64,000 nt of DNA from Candidatus Latescibacterota bacterium (GTDB taxonomy: Bacteria > Latescibacterota > UBA2968 > UBA8231), in assembly GCA_965248265.1 (NCBI GenBank), contig CBDFJF010000002.1:3680001-3744000 (forward strand), given 5' to 3'. The translations under genes and the position numbers were made by a program. This document shows positions 39,398 through 50,254 of this stretch, piece after piece. The notes under the pieces were generated by a model. That model did not search any database. It was not told the DNA's origin and saw nothing but the letters and a program-made list of their open reading frames with translations. Each line of letters starts with the position of its first letter. Position 1 is the stretch's first letter.

Positions 39398-40462
39398 TCA
39401 GGGTATGAAGCTTGTCCTGTCATCGATACTCAGGACGAACTCCTTAAGAAGCTCCGATGTGTGTTCAAGGTCGTCCAGTGAAAGCACCTCTACTGGCGTG
39501 TGCATGTAGCGCAGGGCCACGCCCACCAGGCCCGTCGCTACCCCGGCGCGGGTAAGCTGCATCGCATTCGCATCCGTTCCCGTACCACCGGGTTCGGCAC
39601 TGACCTGGTACGGAATATTCTTGCGCTTAGCAGCCTTCACCAACTCATCGAAAACTGCTGGATTGATGTTGGCGCCACGACTGATGATCGGTCCTCCCCC
39701 AACCTTCTGGTCTCCGCTACGGCGCTTGTCCATGCCGGGATGATCGGTGGCAAAATTGACATCCAGTGCTATGCCGACAAGCGGGTCGACACCGTAGGTG
39801 CTGGTCTTGGCGCCGCGAAGGCCGACCTCCTCCTGCACAGTGGCCACCGAATAAAGACTCGCCCTCAGCTTGCGGCGGTCGGCCACCACCTTGCGCATGG
39901 TCTCGGCGACAACGAAGGCTCCCATCTTGTTGTCAAAGGCCCGCGATACCGCCAATCCTCCGCGTAAGAGTTCGAAGTTGGCGTCATATGTCACCGGATC
40001 GCCGATGGCGACGAGCTTTTTCGTCTCCTTGCCATCCTTCGCCCCGATATCGATCCACAATTCATGCTTTTCAGCGACCTTGCGTCGATCCTCAGGAGTC
40101 ATCATGTGAACGGGTTTCTTCCCAATCACCCCGAGAGCATCTCCCTTCGCCGTGTGGATCCGAACTTTGCGACCCGGCACGATCGCCATATCAAAACCTC
40201 CGACCGTATCGAAGGAGAGGTACCCCTCGTCGTCGATGTGGACGATCTGGAAACCCAGCTCGTCCATGTGTCCGGCCAGCATGATTCGCGGACTTCCCCC
40301 GCTGTTGAGCGAGGCGATAGCGTTGCCGTGCAAATCGACACTGACACTCTCGGCGAATCGCACGGTTTCCTTCTTCCATACGGAGCGCACGGGACCCTCA
40401 TACCCGGAGGGGCCGGGAGCAGCCAACAGCGATTCCAGGAATTCCATCGAAGCTTTACGCAT
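39398..40462 (-). CDS. M42-family metallo-aminopeptidase
   Basis: GPSGYE, AGHMDELG, RAFDNKMG, TVQEEVGLRGA, GTDA, RYMHTP. Confidence 0.92.
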   Translation of the reverse strand: MRKASMEFLESLLAAPGPSGYEGPVRSVWKKETVRFAESVSVDLHGNAIASLNSGGSPRIMLAGHMDELGFQIVHIDDEGYLSFDTVGGFDMAIVPGRKVRIHTAKGDALGVIGKKPVHMMTPEDRRKVAEKHELWIDIGAKDGKETKKLVAIGDPVTYDANFELLRGGLAVSRAFDNKMGAFVVAETMRKVVADRRKLRASLYSVATVQEEVGLRGAKTSTYGVDPLVGIALDVNFATDHPGMDKRRSGDQKVGGGPIISRGANINPAVFDELVKAAKRKNIPYQVSAEPGGTGTDANAMQLTRAGVATGLVGVALRYMHTPVEVLSLDDLEHTSELLKEFVLSIDDRTSFIP

Positions 40463-40484
40463 TAGGTACCCTTTGCCCGTTTTG

Positions 40485-41978
40485 TCAGAGGGACTCCCGC
40501 GATTCAGGCACCCGGCGCCAAGGCAGGGATTCCCTCGCGACCCCCACGCAACAGACGACCGTATTCACCACCAATCCCACAACACCAGCGTGAAATCCGG
40601 CTACCTTCGTGTGCCCGGCGGCCGTCAACGACAGCGCGCACACAAGACCAGCTATCATACCAATAGTAACGACGCGAGCGTTTAAGCGCCGCCAGTAGAG
40701 TCCGAGAAAAAAACACGGCACGATCTGGATCAACACCTCGAACTTCAGTTCGAGCAGGCGGATGAGTGTCTTATCCGTGCCGATGGCGATGACGACGAGG
40801 ATGGCGACGATGCCCCAGGAGCACCCCTTGCCGATCAGGGTTAGTTCAGCCTCCGAGCACTGAGGCCGCAGGTGCGCGTGGTAGATGTCCTTCGTGAACA
40901 TGGATGAGATCGACAGCAACGCCGAATCCGCCGTCGACATCAGCGCCGCCAGGGCCGCGGCAAAAACGATGACGACGAGCCAGTAGCCAAAATCCGATTG
41001 CGCCATCACCAGCGCACATAACCGGGGTAGCACCTGATCGATCTCTGAAGCGTTCAACTCGGGTAAGACCACGACACCGGTAACACCACACAGTAAGGCA
41101 ATGAGTGTCGTAGCCAACGGCATGAAAGCCATCAAAGACAGCGACCGCTTTACCGCTCTTACCGAGCGCGCGGCGTACAGGCGCTGAATCGCCTGCGGAT
41201 AAATGGCCGCCCCGAAACCCAGCAGAAATATGTAACTGACCCATGTGGCGCACGCTTCCAGCGCCGGAACCTGAACCTTCGCTGGATCGCTGCGACTGAG
41301 TTGCTCGACCACGGACCTGATGCCCCCTCCGAGATCGGGGATAATCCAGATCAGGATGGCGAAACCCACAAGCAGCACGATGCCTTGCTGCACGTCCGTC
41401 CAGGCGACGGAGCGCATCCCGCCCATGGTCTCGTAAAGGACCATGATTACGGCGAGACCGATTATTCCATATGTGGAGGGGACGCTTCCGTCCGTTAGCC
41501 CTTCCACGGCTGCACCCATCGCCTTTAGCTGTGCCAGGGTGTAATTGGCCAGTGCGTAAATCATGATCGCTGTGCTGAGCAACGTCAGAAAAGGCGACCC
41601 GAAGCGGAAGGAGATGAAGTCTCCCGGTGTAATGAAGTGACGCAGACGCGCCAGGCGCACCAGTCTCGGGGCAAAAAGAAGGTAGCCCACGATGATGGAA
41701 AACATGAACAGGATGGAGACCGTCCAGTCGAAGCCGATACGGTAGGCTTTGCCGGTGTACCCGAAGAGCGTGTTGCCGCTGTATTGGGTTGCATAGAGCG
41801 TCAGAAACAGGACGGCCAGCCCGATAGACCTGCCGCCGAGATAGAAATCAGCGAGGCTGTCGTCTACCCGACGCTTGCGGCCAAGCCACCCGAGGCCGAT
41901 CATCGACAGCAGGTATATGCCGATGACGACGAAGGCTCCGGGTCCGAACAGGACCGGGGATGTAGAAGCGCCTGTCAT
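40485..41978 (-). CDS. Sodium:solute symporter (PanF/PutP-like)
   Basis: FYLGGRSIG, ATQYSGNT, GGMRSVAWTD, AALMSTADS; many TMs. Confidence 0.9.
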   Translation of the reverse strand: MTGASTSPVLFGPGAFVVIGIYLLSMIGLGWLGRKRRVDDSLADFYLGGRSIGLAVLFLTLYATQYSGNTLFGYTGKAYRIGFDWTVSILFMFSIIVGYLLFAPRLVRLARLRHFITPGDFISFRFGSPFLTLLSTAIMIYALANYTLAQLKAMGAAVEGLTDGSVPSTYGIIGLAVIMVLYETMGGMRSVAWTDVQQGIVLLVGFAILIWIIPDLGGGIRSVVEQLSRSDPAKVQVPALEACATWVSYIFLLGFGAAIYPQAIQRLYAARSVRAVKRSLSLMAFMPLATTLIALLCGVTGVVVLPELNASEIDQVLPRLCALVMAQSDFGYWLVVIVFAAALAALMSTADSALLSISSMFTKDIYHAHLRPQCSEAELTLIGKGCSWGIVAILVVIAIGTDKTLIRLLELKFEVLIQIVPCFFLGLYWRRLNARVVTIGMIAGLVCALSLTAAGHTKVAGFHAGVVGLVVNTVVCCVGVARESLPWRRVPESRESL

Positions 41979-42280
41979 TCCTGGATTCCGTCGGCCTCAT
42001 CAGGATCTATCCAATACCTTGTAATGACGAAAACCGTCCAGCCAGCCAGCAGAACGATGGAGGCAATCGTCACTGTGACCCACAGCGGCAACCCGGCGAC
42101 GAGAGACCCCCGGTACGACGGTGGCCAATACCAGGGTATGGCGACGGCGAACAGGACCAGATAGACCAGCCAGACCCATCCCTTCTTGCGGGGCTCCTGC
42201 CGCAGGCCTACGAGTTCATCCCACTCTTCGACGGTCAGGGAAGTGGGCGATAGGGGAGATTCTGCGCTGTCTTCTGGCAT
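41975..42280 (-). CDS. Small two-TM accessory subunit of the SSS symporter (YhdT/DUF997-like)
   Basis: PWYWP...GLPLWV two-helix protein with ATGA overlap onto the symporter. Confidence 0.65.
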   Translation of the reverse strand: MPEDSAESPLSPTSLTVEEWDELVGLRQEPRKKGWVWLVYLVLFAVAIPWYWPPSYRGSLVAGLPLWVTVTIASIVLLAGWTVFVITRYWIDPDEADGIQE

Positions 42281-42323
42281 ACAATCTGTCACAGAGGATG
42301 ACAAGGGTGATACTGCGATCACG

Positions 42324-44198
42324 ATGATCCGAGAGACTCAGCTGCTACTGTACAAGGGACGGCCGGCACGCGTCAAAAAAATCCAGAGTGACGATCGTGT
42401 CGAGATCGAGACTCTGGCAGGCGAACTGAAGAAGGTACGTCCGAAGGACGTTGTCACCCTACACCCGGGTCCCGTCACCGATCTGCAGGACCTCGAGCGT
42501 CCCATCGATACGGAGGAGTTGGAGGTTGCCTGGGAGTTGCTGCAGGGTGAGAATACGGACTTGCCGGGATTAACCCAACTCCTCTTCGCATCCTACACCC
42601 CAGCCGCCGCCTGGAGTACCTGGCAGCTTGTAGCTGACGGCCTTTATTTCCGCGGAACGATTGATTCTATAACCCCACAGCCCCCGCAGATCGTCAACGA
42701 CGAACGCCAGCGTCGAGATCACAGAGAAAACTTGAAGCAGCACCGCGAGGCCTTCCTGCAGCGAATGCGCAGTGGCGCCCGGTGGGTTGCCGGGGACGAG
42801 CCCTTCATGCTCGACCTGGAGAATATGGCTTCTGGCGGCAGCAATCGCAGCAACAATCCGATTTTGAAAGACCTGGGTCGCGCGGAAAGCGCTGAGGGTG
42901 CCCACGCGCTACTGCTCGAGACTGGCTGGTGGTCGGCCACTCACGTCCCCTATCCGCGTCGTTTCGAGATCAACCTTGATACTCCGGCCGAAGCCCATGG
43001 GGACTCCGATGCAGGCTGTATCTCTGTCAGCCCGACAGCATCGCGCCGTGACCTGACGCACCTGGAGGCCTTTGCCATCGACGATGAGGGCAACACCGAC
43101 CCGGATGATGCTGTCGGAATCGAGGGCTCCCGGCTCTGGATCCATGTGGCCGACGTGACCATGTGCGTGGAAATCGACTCGCCCCTGGATCAGGAAGCCA
43201 GAAACCGGGCTTCTACCGTCTACCTTCCCCACCGTACCGTGCCGATGCTGCCTCTATCAATCACGCAAACCGTTGGCATGGGGATTGGAGAGGTGTCGCC
43301 GGCTCTGTCCTTCGGCATCGACCTCGATGACGAGGGATGCATCGAGGACTTCGAGGTCCTACCCTCCCTTGTCCGGGTCGAGCGCTTGACCTACGCGGAG
43401 GCCGAAACGCGGATGGCCTCTGAGCCGCTGCACGCACTCAAGACCATTACTGATCTAGCGCGAGAACGACGCCAGCACGCCGGAGCTGCGTTCATAGAAA
43501 TGCCTCAGACCAGGATCCGCGTTCGCGAAACGGCCGGCGTCGCCGACGTTGAGTTCGAGCCCCTGCCCCCTTTGCCCGTCCGTGACCTCGTCGCGGAGGC
43601 GATGATACTGGCCGGCGAGGCGGCCGCCCTCTACGCCTCGAGAGCAGCCCTGCCCTTTCCCTTTTCGGTCCAGCCTCCCCCGACCGAGGACGGCGATGCG
43701 GATCCCGATGGCCTGGCCGGAATGTACGCCCTGCGCCGGCGCCAGCCCCGCAGCCGGCATTCGACATCCATGGATCGACATTCGGGACTGGGACTCACCG
43801 CCTATGCCCGGGTTACGAGCCCGCTGCGGCGTTATCTCGACCTCGTCGCCCATCAACAGTTGAAGGCTCACCTTTCAGGTACAACCGTCCTTGACGAAGC
43901 TCAGCTTCTCAACCGAGTGGGGCCCGCAGAGGATCTCGCCGCTGATATCAGGAGGGTTGAACGGCTGTCGCGCAGACATTGGATATGCGTCTACCTTCTG
44001 CAGTCTCCGGGTTGGACGGGCACAGGTATCCTCGTCGACAAGCGCGGTCAATCTGGCACCCTATTGATACCGGAACTCGATCTGCAGACCCAACTTCACC
44101 TGCCGCTGGATTTCTCCCTCAACGCAGAATTGCGGTTACAACTCAAGGGCGTCGACCTCCCGCGTTTGGATCCCCATTTCAGCGTGGAAGCTTTCTAG
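42324..44198 (+). CDS. RNB-domain exoribonuclease (RNase II/R family)
   Basis: AIDDEGNTDPDDA, IHVADV, TVYLP..TVPMLP, VAEAMILA, HSGLGL..Y.RVTSPLRRYLDL. Confidence 0.92.
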   Translation: MIRETQLLLYKGRPARVKKIQSDDRVEIETLAGELKKVRPKDVVTLHPGPVTDLQDLERPIDTEELEVAWELLQGENTDLPGLTQLLFASYTPAAAWSTWQLVADGLYFRGTIDSITPQPPQIVNDERQRRDHRENLKQHREAFLQRMRSGARWVAGDEPFMLDLENMASGGSNRSNNPILKDLGRAESAEGAHALLLETGWWSATHVPYPRRFEINLDTPAEAHGDSDAGCISVSPTASRRDLTHLEAFAIDDEGNTDPDDAVGIEGSRLWIHVADVTMCVEIDSPLDQEARNRASTVYLPHRTVPMLPLSITQTVGMGIGEVSPALSFGIDLDDEGCIEDFEVLPSLVRVERLTYAEAETRMASEPLHALKTITDLARERRQHAGAAFIEMPQTRIRVRETAGVADVEFEPLPPLPVRDLVAEAMILAGEAAALYASRAALPFPFSVQPPPTEDGDADPDGLAGMYALRRRQPRSRHSTSMDRHSGLGLTAYARVTSPLRRYLDLVAHQQLKAHLSGTTVLDEAQLLNRVGPAEDLAADIRRVERLSRRHWICVYLLQSPGWTGTGILVDKRGQSGTLLIPELDLQTQLHLPLDFSLNAELRLQLKGVDLPRLDPHFSVEAF

Positions 44199-44210
44199 CC
44201 GCTGCGCGGA

Positions 44211-45023
44211 TCAGGGATCACCGGATCGCTCGAAAGAGCGCAGCTGTTCCTGGCCAAGGTGGCGGACATGCGCATCGCTGGGGAAGTCCCCTTCCCGGAC
44301 TTCCCTGGCATAGCGGCTGATAGCGGCGATGGCACTCATCCGCATCTCCGCGTAGCGAGCGGCGTGTCTGAAAGCTGCCTCTTCCATGCCCAACAAATCC
44401 TGGACCACGAGTACCTGTCCGTCCGTATAGCGTCCGGCTCCGATGCCAATCGTGGGGATGGACAGCTGTTCACTCACGGCACGCCCGACCTCCTCCGGGA
44501 CGAGCTCGAGAACCAGGACTCCCGCACCGGCAGCTTCGAGACTCCGGGCGTCTTCCATCAGACTTCGCGCCCTTGCCGCCGTACGCGCCTGGTAGCGCTT
44601 CTTGTCATGAAGTTGAGGGTTCAGCCCCAGGTGCCCCCACACATCGATCCCACGCTCACTGAGCGTCCCGATAACCTCCGGGACCATGCCCTCGACCTTG
44701 ATGCCCTGTGCCCCCAGCGAACGCAATCGCAGGGCGTTCTCGAGCCCCTGAGCCGGCGTTTCATAGGACTGATACGGCAGGTCGACCAGTAGATAAGCCT
44801 TACGCACCCCACGTTTGACCGCTTTGAGGTGATGGATCATGTCGTCCATCGTAACCTCGTGCTCGCTCTCATAACCGAGAACATTGGTACCTACACTGTC
44901 GCCGACGAAGATCACATCGACGGCGGCCTCCTCCTCCCAGGTAGCGGTGGGAAAATCGTAACAGGTCAGCACGACGATCTTTTCGCCGCGGCATTTCATC
45001 TCTTGTAGAGTGTTTGCGTCCAT
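44211..45023 (-). CDS. panB: 3-methyl-2-oxobutanoate hydroxymethyltransferase
   Basis: LTCYD, VGDSVG, VDLPY, KVEG, GHLGLNPQ, PTIGIGAG..DGQVLV. Confidence 0.93.
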   Translation of the reverse strand: MDANTLQEMKCRGEKIVVLTCYDFPTATWEEEAAVDVIFVGDSVGTNVLGYESEHEVTMDDMIHHLKAVKRGVRKAYLLVDLPYQSYETPAQGLENALRLRSLGAQGIKVEGMVPEVIGTLSERGIDVWGHLGLNPQLHDKKRYQARTAARARSLMEDARSLEAAGAGVLVLELVPEEVGRAVSEQLSIPTIGIGAGRYTDGQVLVVQDLLGMEEAAFRHAARYAEMRMSAIAAISRYAREVREGDFPSDAHVRHLGQEQLRSFERSGDP

Positions 45024-45049
45024 GTTGGCTCTCACTCGCTCGAGATGGA

Positions 45050-46312
45050 TCAGGAGAAACGCTCTACCCGCGTCAGTTCCAGATTGACGCTCACGGGAGC
45101 ACCGGTCACCATCTCCGCAACCAGTTTACCCGTAATGGGTCCAAGCGAAAGACCGATCATCGCGTGTCCGGCAGCGATGGTCAGGTTTTCCCAGTCCCGG
45201 CAGCGGCCCAAAAAGGGCAGCCCGTCCGGTGTGCACGGGCGCAGGCCGCTCCAGATCTCGACCAGTTCCAGGTGTGCTGGGTTCAGATGAGGCAGGTACT
45301 GGGGAACAGCACTCAGGATCGCGCGCACTCGGACCTCGTCGATCGTCAGATCCATGCCGGCGAGCTCTAATGTTCCGGCAAAGCGCAGGAATTCGCCCAT
45401 GGGTGTGATGCCGACCTTGGCCTCCATCAGTGACATCGGCAACGTCGGAGCTTCCTGCGGCAGCTTGTAGGTGATGCTGTATCCTTTGGCCGGTTGGATC
45501 GCCAGATTCAGTCCCAATCCGGCAGATACAGTGGGAGACCATGAACCCGAAGCAAGCACGATCTCACTGGCCTCAAAATCTCCTCTGGTAGTTCGCACCG
45601 TCCTGATGCGCCGGCTCTTGTTCGATTCCATGCTCAGCACCTGAGTGTGTGGACGCACATCGACACCATGCTGGCTGGCGCGTTCGGCGAGCTGTTTGAC
45701 GAACCTCCACGGTACCAGGTGGCCGTCCTGCTCGAAGTAGATGCCTCCGACAGCACGCGCGTCCAAACCCGGATTCATCTCCTCGATCTGCACCGGCGTC
45801 ATCTGCTCGGCGTGCACTCCCGCGTTGCGCATCAATTCGACATTCGACATTTCCTCTTCCAAGTGAGCCATTTCCTTGAAGAGGAGGATCATGCCGCGCC
45901 GTTCCAGACTGAAGTCCATGCCATCGAGTCCCGCGAGCTCCTGGAAAAGCTCCAGGCTGGCAAGGTTTAGCTCGCGCAACAGGGGTATAGCACGACGCAC
46001 GTGGCGTCGGTTTCCACAACGCCAGAAACGCCACAGCCATGACATCAGTTCGCGATCCAGGCGCGGTTTGATGTAAAACGGGCTGGTGGAATTGAGCATC
46101 CACTTCAGTGCTTTTCGCGCAACGCCGGGGGCCGCCAGCGGAATACTGTGACTGGGCACGATGAGCCCGCCATTGCCGTGCGACGATCCTGAGCAGATCT
46201 CCCCCTTCTCAACCAGGGTGACCTCTCGGCCGGCCAACGACAGATAGTGTGCGGCACAAACACCGACGGCACCGCCACCGATTACGAGTACGTCCACTTG
46301 CTTGACAGCCAT
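45050..46312 (-). CDS. D-amino acid dehydrogenase (DadA-like FAD oxidoreductase)
   Basis: VIGGGAVG, SSHGNGG, PAKGYS, WSGLRPCTPDGLP, GHAMIGLSLGP. Confidence 0.88.
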   Translation of the reverse strand: MAVKQVDVLVIGGGAVGVCAAHYLSLAGREVTLVEKGEICSGSSHGNGGLIVPSHSIPLAAPGVARKALKWMLNSTSPFYIKPRLDRELMSWLWRFWRCGNRRHVRRAIPLLRELNLASLELFQELAGLDGMDFSLERRGMILLFKEMAHLEEEMSNVELMRNAGVHAEQMTPVQIEEMNPGLDARAVGGIYFEQDGHLVPWRFVKQLAERASQHGVDVRPHTQVLSMESNKSRRIRTVRTTRGDFEASEIVLASGSWSPTVSAGLGLNLAIQPAKGYSITYKLPQEAPTLPMSLMEAKVGITPMGEFLRFAGTLELAGMDLTIDEVRVRAILSAVPQYLPHLNPAHLELVEIWSGLRPCTPDGLPFLGRCRDWENLTIAAGHAMIGLSLGPITGKLVAEMVTGAPVSVNLELTRVERFS

Positions 46313-46343
46313 AGAGCCCTCTGAGTTCACCTGCGGGAACGCA

Positions 46344-48395
46344 TCATCCTGTGGAGGGAGCCAAGAGGGTACGGACAACACGCTGTGCTCCGGGCTTCCT
46401 CCCGATTGAGAGCCTCAGATTTGACCCCTTGCCAGCGATTCGATACAACCTGCGCGCCCAGTCCGCGGGGAAGCCGCGACCTTTGCGAGTATGAACATAC
46501 AACCTCGTGGGAACCAGCAGCGCCAAGGCCGTGCGCACATCGCCGGCACTCCGGACACCAGGAATCAGGCAGTGTTCGGCCCAGGCCTCGTCATCGCCAA
46601 GATCGAAATCCCCCACCTCTGCGTAGATTCTGTCAATCCTGTCAACACACGAGGCAGCGAACAGGCAGAGCAAACCAGTGGAGCCAAGCCCGATCAGCGA
46701 CCTCGCGCCCACATCATCTCTGCCTTCAAGGTACGAAAGCGCTGTCAGCAGATCCTGGACCCGCCAGGCGGCAATGGACCGGTTGTAGGTAGTGAAGAAG
46801 CGCCCGGGTCCTTCATCAACGTAGGCAGACTCCTCGGACTCAGGTGCAACCTCACCGTTGAGGAACAGGTCCATGACCAGGACCTTGTGACCCCGCTCCA
46901 GCAGGGACGCCACCCAGGGCCCCGGTGTTCTCTTGCCCCGCCCCTGGAACAACCCCTCCTTGCCCTCGGGATGTACCACGATTGTGGCCGGGGCTGTCCT
47001 GCCCCCACCATCCGGTGAAAGCAGGGTCGCGGGGATACACTCTCCGCGACCTGAACCCAGCAACAGCCATTCGATCGAGAATCCATCGCGTCGCTGTCTT
47101 CCCCGGTCTTCGTATTGTACCGCGCCAGCCGTCGGATAGGTTGCCGCCAGAGCGTGGCGCAGGCTGGTGCCCATCAAGCGGCGAAACCGACTCAGCGAAC
47201 CCCCAGTCACGGGGTCCAAGGTTTGCCAGCTTTTGCGTTGACGCTTGATCAAGGCCGCGACCAGAGAAGACTCATCCAGGCGTCCGGAAGGCTTTGCCTT
47301 GCATGGCCCGAAGACCCGCAACGTCTCCGCATCCTGAACCACGAACGGCCGCTCACGAGAGGACGTCCTCAACCGTGCAGGTTGTAACCACCGTGACAGG
47401 AACCGATACACGTGCTGCCGCGATTCCCTGTTGTAATTATGAGGGGCATCTACCTGGCACGTGCTGACACGATCTGCCGCTTTCATCAGGCTGTACACGG
47501 CCCTCACGGCGGGATATTCATGCCAGGGCGTATTCACGGTCCAGTCCCCGGTGGCGGAAACAAGCAGTTGTGGACGCGGAGCCATTACCGAAGCGATCTC
47601 GGTGTTGTTGATATCCAGCCGCAGGTGCCCCTGGTTTTCGCAGTGACACCCTCCCTGCATACTCGCCGAAACCATGTTTACGCTGGCAGCAGCCCGTATA
47701 CGCTCATCAACCGCCGACAGCAGAAACGTCTGGGTACCTCCCCCTGAGGCGCCCGTACAGCCGATCCGGCCGGCATCCACATCCGGCAGCTGAGCGATGA
47801 AATCGACTGCACGGATACTGTTCCACAGCTGCACCCCCATCGTTCCGATCCCCCACAGATCCCCAAGCTCTCCACCCAGCTCCCGGTGCGGAATCTGGTC
47901 ACTGTCATTGTAGCCGGGCATGTCATAGGAGAAGGCAACGAAGCCCCGTCGTGCCAGGCCGATGCCACGCCCAGGGATCGATCCCAGCTCAGAGGACTCG
48001 AGCCGACCTGCAGGCCAGTGACCGTGGGGGCAGAGGACGGCCGGTAGATGCTTCTGACGCCCCCGCAGTGGCCGATATAGATTGCCGCACACGAGCAAAC
48101 CGGGCATACTGTGGAAGTAGACGTTTTCCACGCTGTATTCCCCGTTGACCTCAACGCGATTGGTGAATTTCACTCGCAGTGGAGTTCTTTCCGGCAGTGG
48201 CCACAGGCCGGTACTTGTGAGGATATGCTCCACGATGTAGCGGGCGCGCTCCTCCCAATCCTTGCGACTGGCATACGGTCTGAGTGTCCAGGGCGTCTCG
48301 AAGTCGCGCGTGATCATCCTGGCGTCTTGAGGCTTTGTTTCGTTCTCCTCGAAGACACAACCCGGAATCCGGGTAGTGCGATCCTTCATGGGCAT
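46344..48395 (-). CDS. Two-domain alpha/beta hydrolase (acetyl-xylan-esterase-like)
   Basis: LCPHGHW, TGASGGGTQT nucleophile elbow, HNYN; degenerate second ABH domain. Start 48395 or 48389. Confidence 0.8.
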   Translation of the reverse strand: MPMKDRTTRIPGCVFEENETKPQDARMITRDFETPWTLRPYASRKDWEERARYIVEHILTSTGLWPLPERTPLRVKFTNRVEVNGEYSVENVYFHSMPGLLVCGNLYRPLRGRQKHLPAVLCPHGHWPAGRLESSELGSIPGRGIGLARRGFVAFSYDMPGYNDSDQIPHRELGGELGDLWGIGTMGVQLWNSIRAVDFIAQLPDVDAGRIGCTGASGGGTQTFLLSAVDERIRAAASVNMVSASMQGGCHCENQGHLRLDINNTEIASVMAPRPQLLVSATGDWTVNTPWHEYPAVRAVYSLMKAADRVSTCQVDAPHNYNRESRQHVYRFLSRWLQPARLRTSSRERPFVVQDAETLRVFGPCKAKPSGRLDESSLVAALIKRQRKSWQTLDPVTGGSLSRFRRLMGTSLRHALAATYPTAGAVQYEDRGRQRRDGFSIEWLLLGSGRGECIPATLLSPDGGGRTAPATIVVHPEGKEGLFQGRGKRTPGPWVASLLERGHKVLVMDLFLNGEVAPESEESAYVDEGPGRFFTTYNRSIAAWRVQDLLTALSYLEGRDDVGARSLIGLGSTGLLCLFAASCVDRIDRIYAEVGDFDLGDDEAWAEHCLIPGVRSAGDVRTALALLVPTRLYVHTRKGRGFPADWARRLYRIAGKGSNLRLSIGRKPGAQRVVRTLLAPSTG

Positions 48396-50254
48396 GGCAA
48401 TCTCGCTGATCTGAAAGGGACAGCGTGTTCGGTACCTGCTTCCACCAGGGTCAACTCGACCCATTTTCGAACCGAATTGATCATGAATACCCGCTGCGCC
48501 CGTTGCACATCCACCAACGACAACACGCACTCATGTAAGACGCCGGTCTCCAATAGCTGATCTCTGAAGACACCTGCAAGCAGCCCACTCGTGCGAGCCG
48601 GCGTCAGGTGACGCCCATCGACGTCAAGGACGAGGTTGCCGATGCAGCATTCCGTCACCTCCCCCGCGTCGTTGCACAGAATCACGTCCCGACAATCCGG
48701 GTAGTCGCGTAAGCGCTCATCGTACGCCCGTCGCATCGTCGTCTTGTGATACAGAAAAACGTCATCCCTGTCTATGGGCCGTTCGCAGATTTGTACCGGC
48801 CACGGATCGGCACCATCCGATTCCTCCAATGGCTGGCTCTCAATCGCCGGCACTCCCGCGGCCGTCAGGGTCAATCGCACGCGATGGTGACCAGTGGGCA
48901 GACCAGCCTGGTGAGCGAGCAATTCGGCCTCGATCGCATCCTTCGAACAAGGAAAGGCGAAGTAATCGGCGGATGACTGCAGGCGTCGCAGATGCTTTTC
49001 CAGAAGAAAGTAGCCCTCTTCCGTGCACAGCATGGTCTCCAGAAGCTCGAATGTCACTGCGGGTCTGGTGAGAAAACGCGCCTTCAGAAGGGCTTCATCA
49101 TACTCCTCTCGCGCATTCGAATAATGCGTGATGCCACCGCCAACGCCAGATTCCGCCGCTCCGGTACGACCGTCTATGCACAAGGTACGTATGGCCACAT
49201 TGAAGGATGATTCCAATCCGAGGACACCCTTGGCGGGAGCCGGGACACCACCGACAGTCCGGGGTGAAACGAATCCGATGGCACCCGTGTAAACCCCCCG
49301 CGGCGAGTCTTCCAACTCGGCGATGATCTCCATGGTGCGGATCTTCGGTGCCCCCGTCACGGAGCCGGAGGGAAACAGCGCCGCGAACAGCTGTGAAAGG
49401 GTCACTTCCGGCCTGCATCGCGACCGCACTCCGGAAGTCATCTGCCATACCGTTTCGTAGCGCTCCAACTCCCACAAGTTTTCAACGATCACGGACCCCA
49501 GCTGCGAAACGCGCCCCAGGTCATTGCGGATGAGATCGACGATCATCACGTTCTCAGCACAATCCTTGGCGGAAGCTCTGAGCGTACATGCCATCTGCTC
49601 ATCCTCCTCCACCCAGCGGCCGCGCCGGCTCGTCCCCTTCATCGGTCGCATGTGCAGCTCACCATCCTGTACGGCGAAAAACAGTTCCGGCGATGCCGAC
49701 AGTATGGCAAACTCCTCGAGCTCGATCAGCGCGCAGTAGGCGCCACGCTGGTTCAGACACATGTCGGCGTAGAGCTGATGGACGTCGCCGGCGAGCGTGC
49801 CGCGCAGCCGCTGTGTGAGGTTGACCTGGTAGCTGTCCCCAGCCAGGATGTAGTCCTGGACCCTGTCGATCGCACTTGTGTAGCGAACGAAGTCCAGTGT
49901 CGGGCGCAGAGCGCTGAGCTCGTACGCCCGTCCGTTTGCTCCTTCAGCATCGAGATTTGCCAGGGGGGCTACCTCGATGCGCCGATTGAATAGTCCGAAC
50001 CATATCAGGGGCACGGAGCCCGATCGGCTGTGAACGACGGCAGCGGGCTCGAGACCAGTGGCCGCTTCATAGGAGACATAACCAGCGGCGTGACCACCGT
50101 CGTGAGCCCAGCGTTCAATCTGATCGAGGGCGCTGACGACTTGAGCTGGATCGTCAACCCGTATTTCTCGTTGGCAATCGGCAAATACATAGGATCTGGA
50201 TCGGTTCGATCCTGGCCCAAGCGCGTCGAAGCGAACAGCAGGTTCAGAGCTCAT
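48386..50254 (-). CDS. pabB: Aminodeoxychorismate synthase component I fused to class-IV aminotransferase (PabB-PabC)
   Basis: GDSYQVNLT, SASPELF, PMKGT, ENVMIVDLIRNDL, FPSGSVTGAPK; C-terminal ELLETM, HKTT, GLLAGVFR, NSVR. Confidence 0.9.
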   Translation of the reverse strand: MSSEPAVRFDALGPGSNRSRSYVFADCQREIRVDDPAQVVSALDQIERWAHDGGHAAGYVSYEAATGLEPAAVVHSRSGSVPLIWFGLFNRRIEVAPLANLDAEGANGRAYELSALRPTLDFVRYTSAIDRVQDYILAGDSYQVNLTQRLRGTLAGDVHQLYADMCLNQRGAYCALIELEEFAILSASPELFFAVQDGELHMRPMKGTSRRGRWVEEDEQMACTLRASAKDCAENVMIVDLIRNDLGRVSQLGSVIVENLWELERYETVWQMTSGVRSRCRPEVTLSQLFAALFPSGSVTGAPKIRTMEIIAELEDSPRGVYTGAIGFVSPRTVGGVPAPAKGVLGLESSFNVAIRTLCIDGRTGAAESGVGGGITHYSNAREEYDEALLKARFLTRPAVTFELLETMLCTEEGYFLLEKHLRRLQSSADYFAFPCSKDAIEAELLAHQAGLPTGHHRVRLTLTAAGVPAIESQPLEESDGADPWPVQICERPIDRDDVFLYHKTTMRRAYDERLRDYPDCRDVILCNDAGEVTECCIGNLVLDVDGRHLTPARTSGLLAGVFRDQLLETGVLHECVLSLVDVQRAQRVFMINSVRKWVELTLVEAGTEHAVPFRSARLPCP

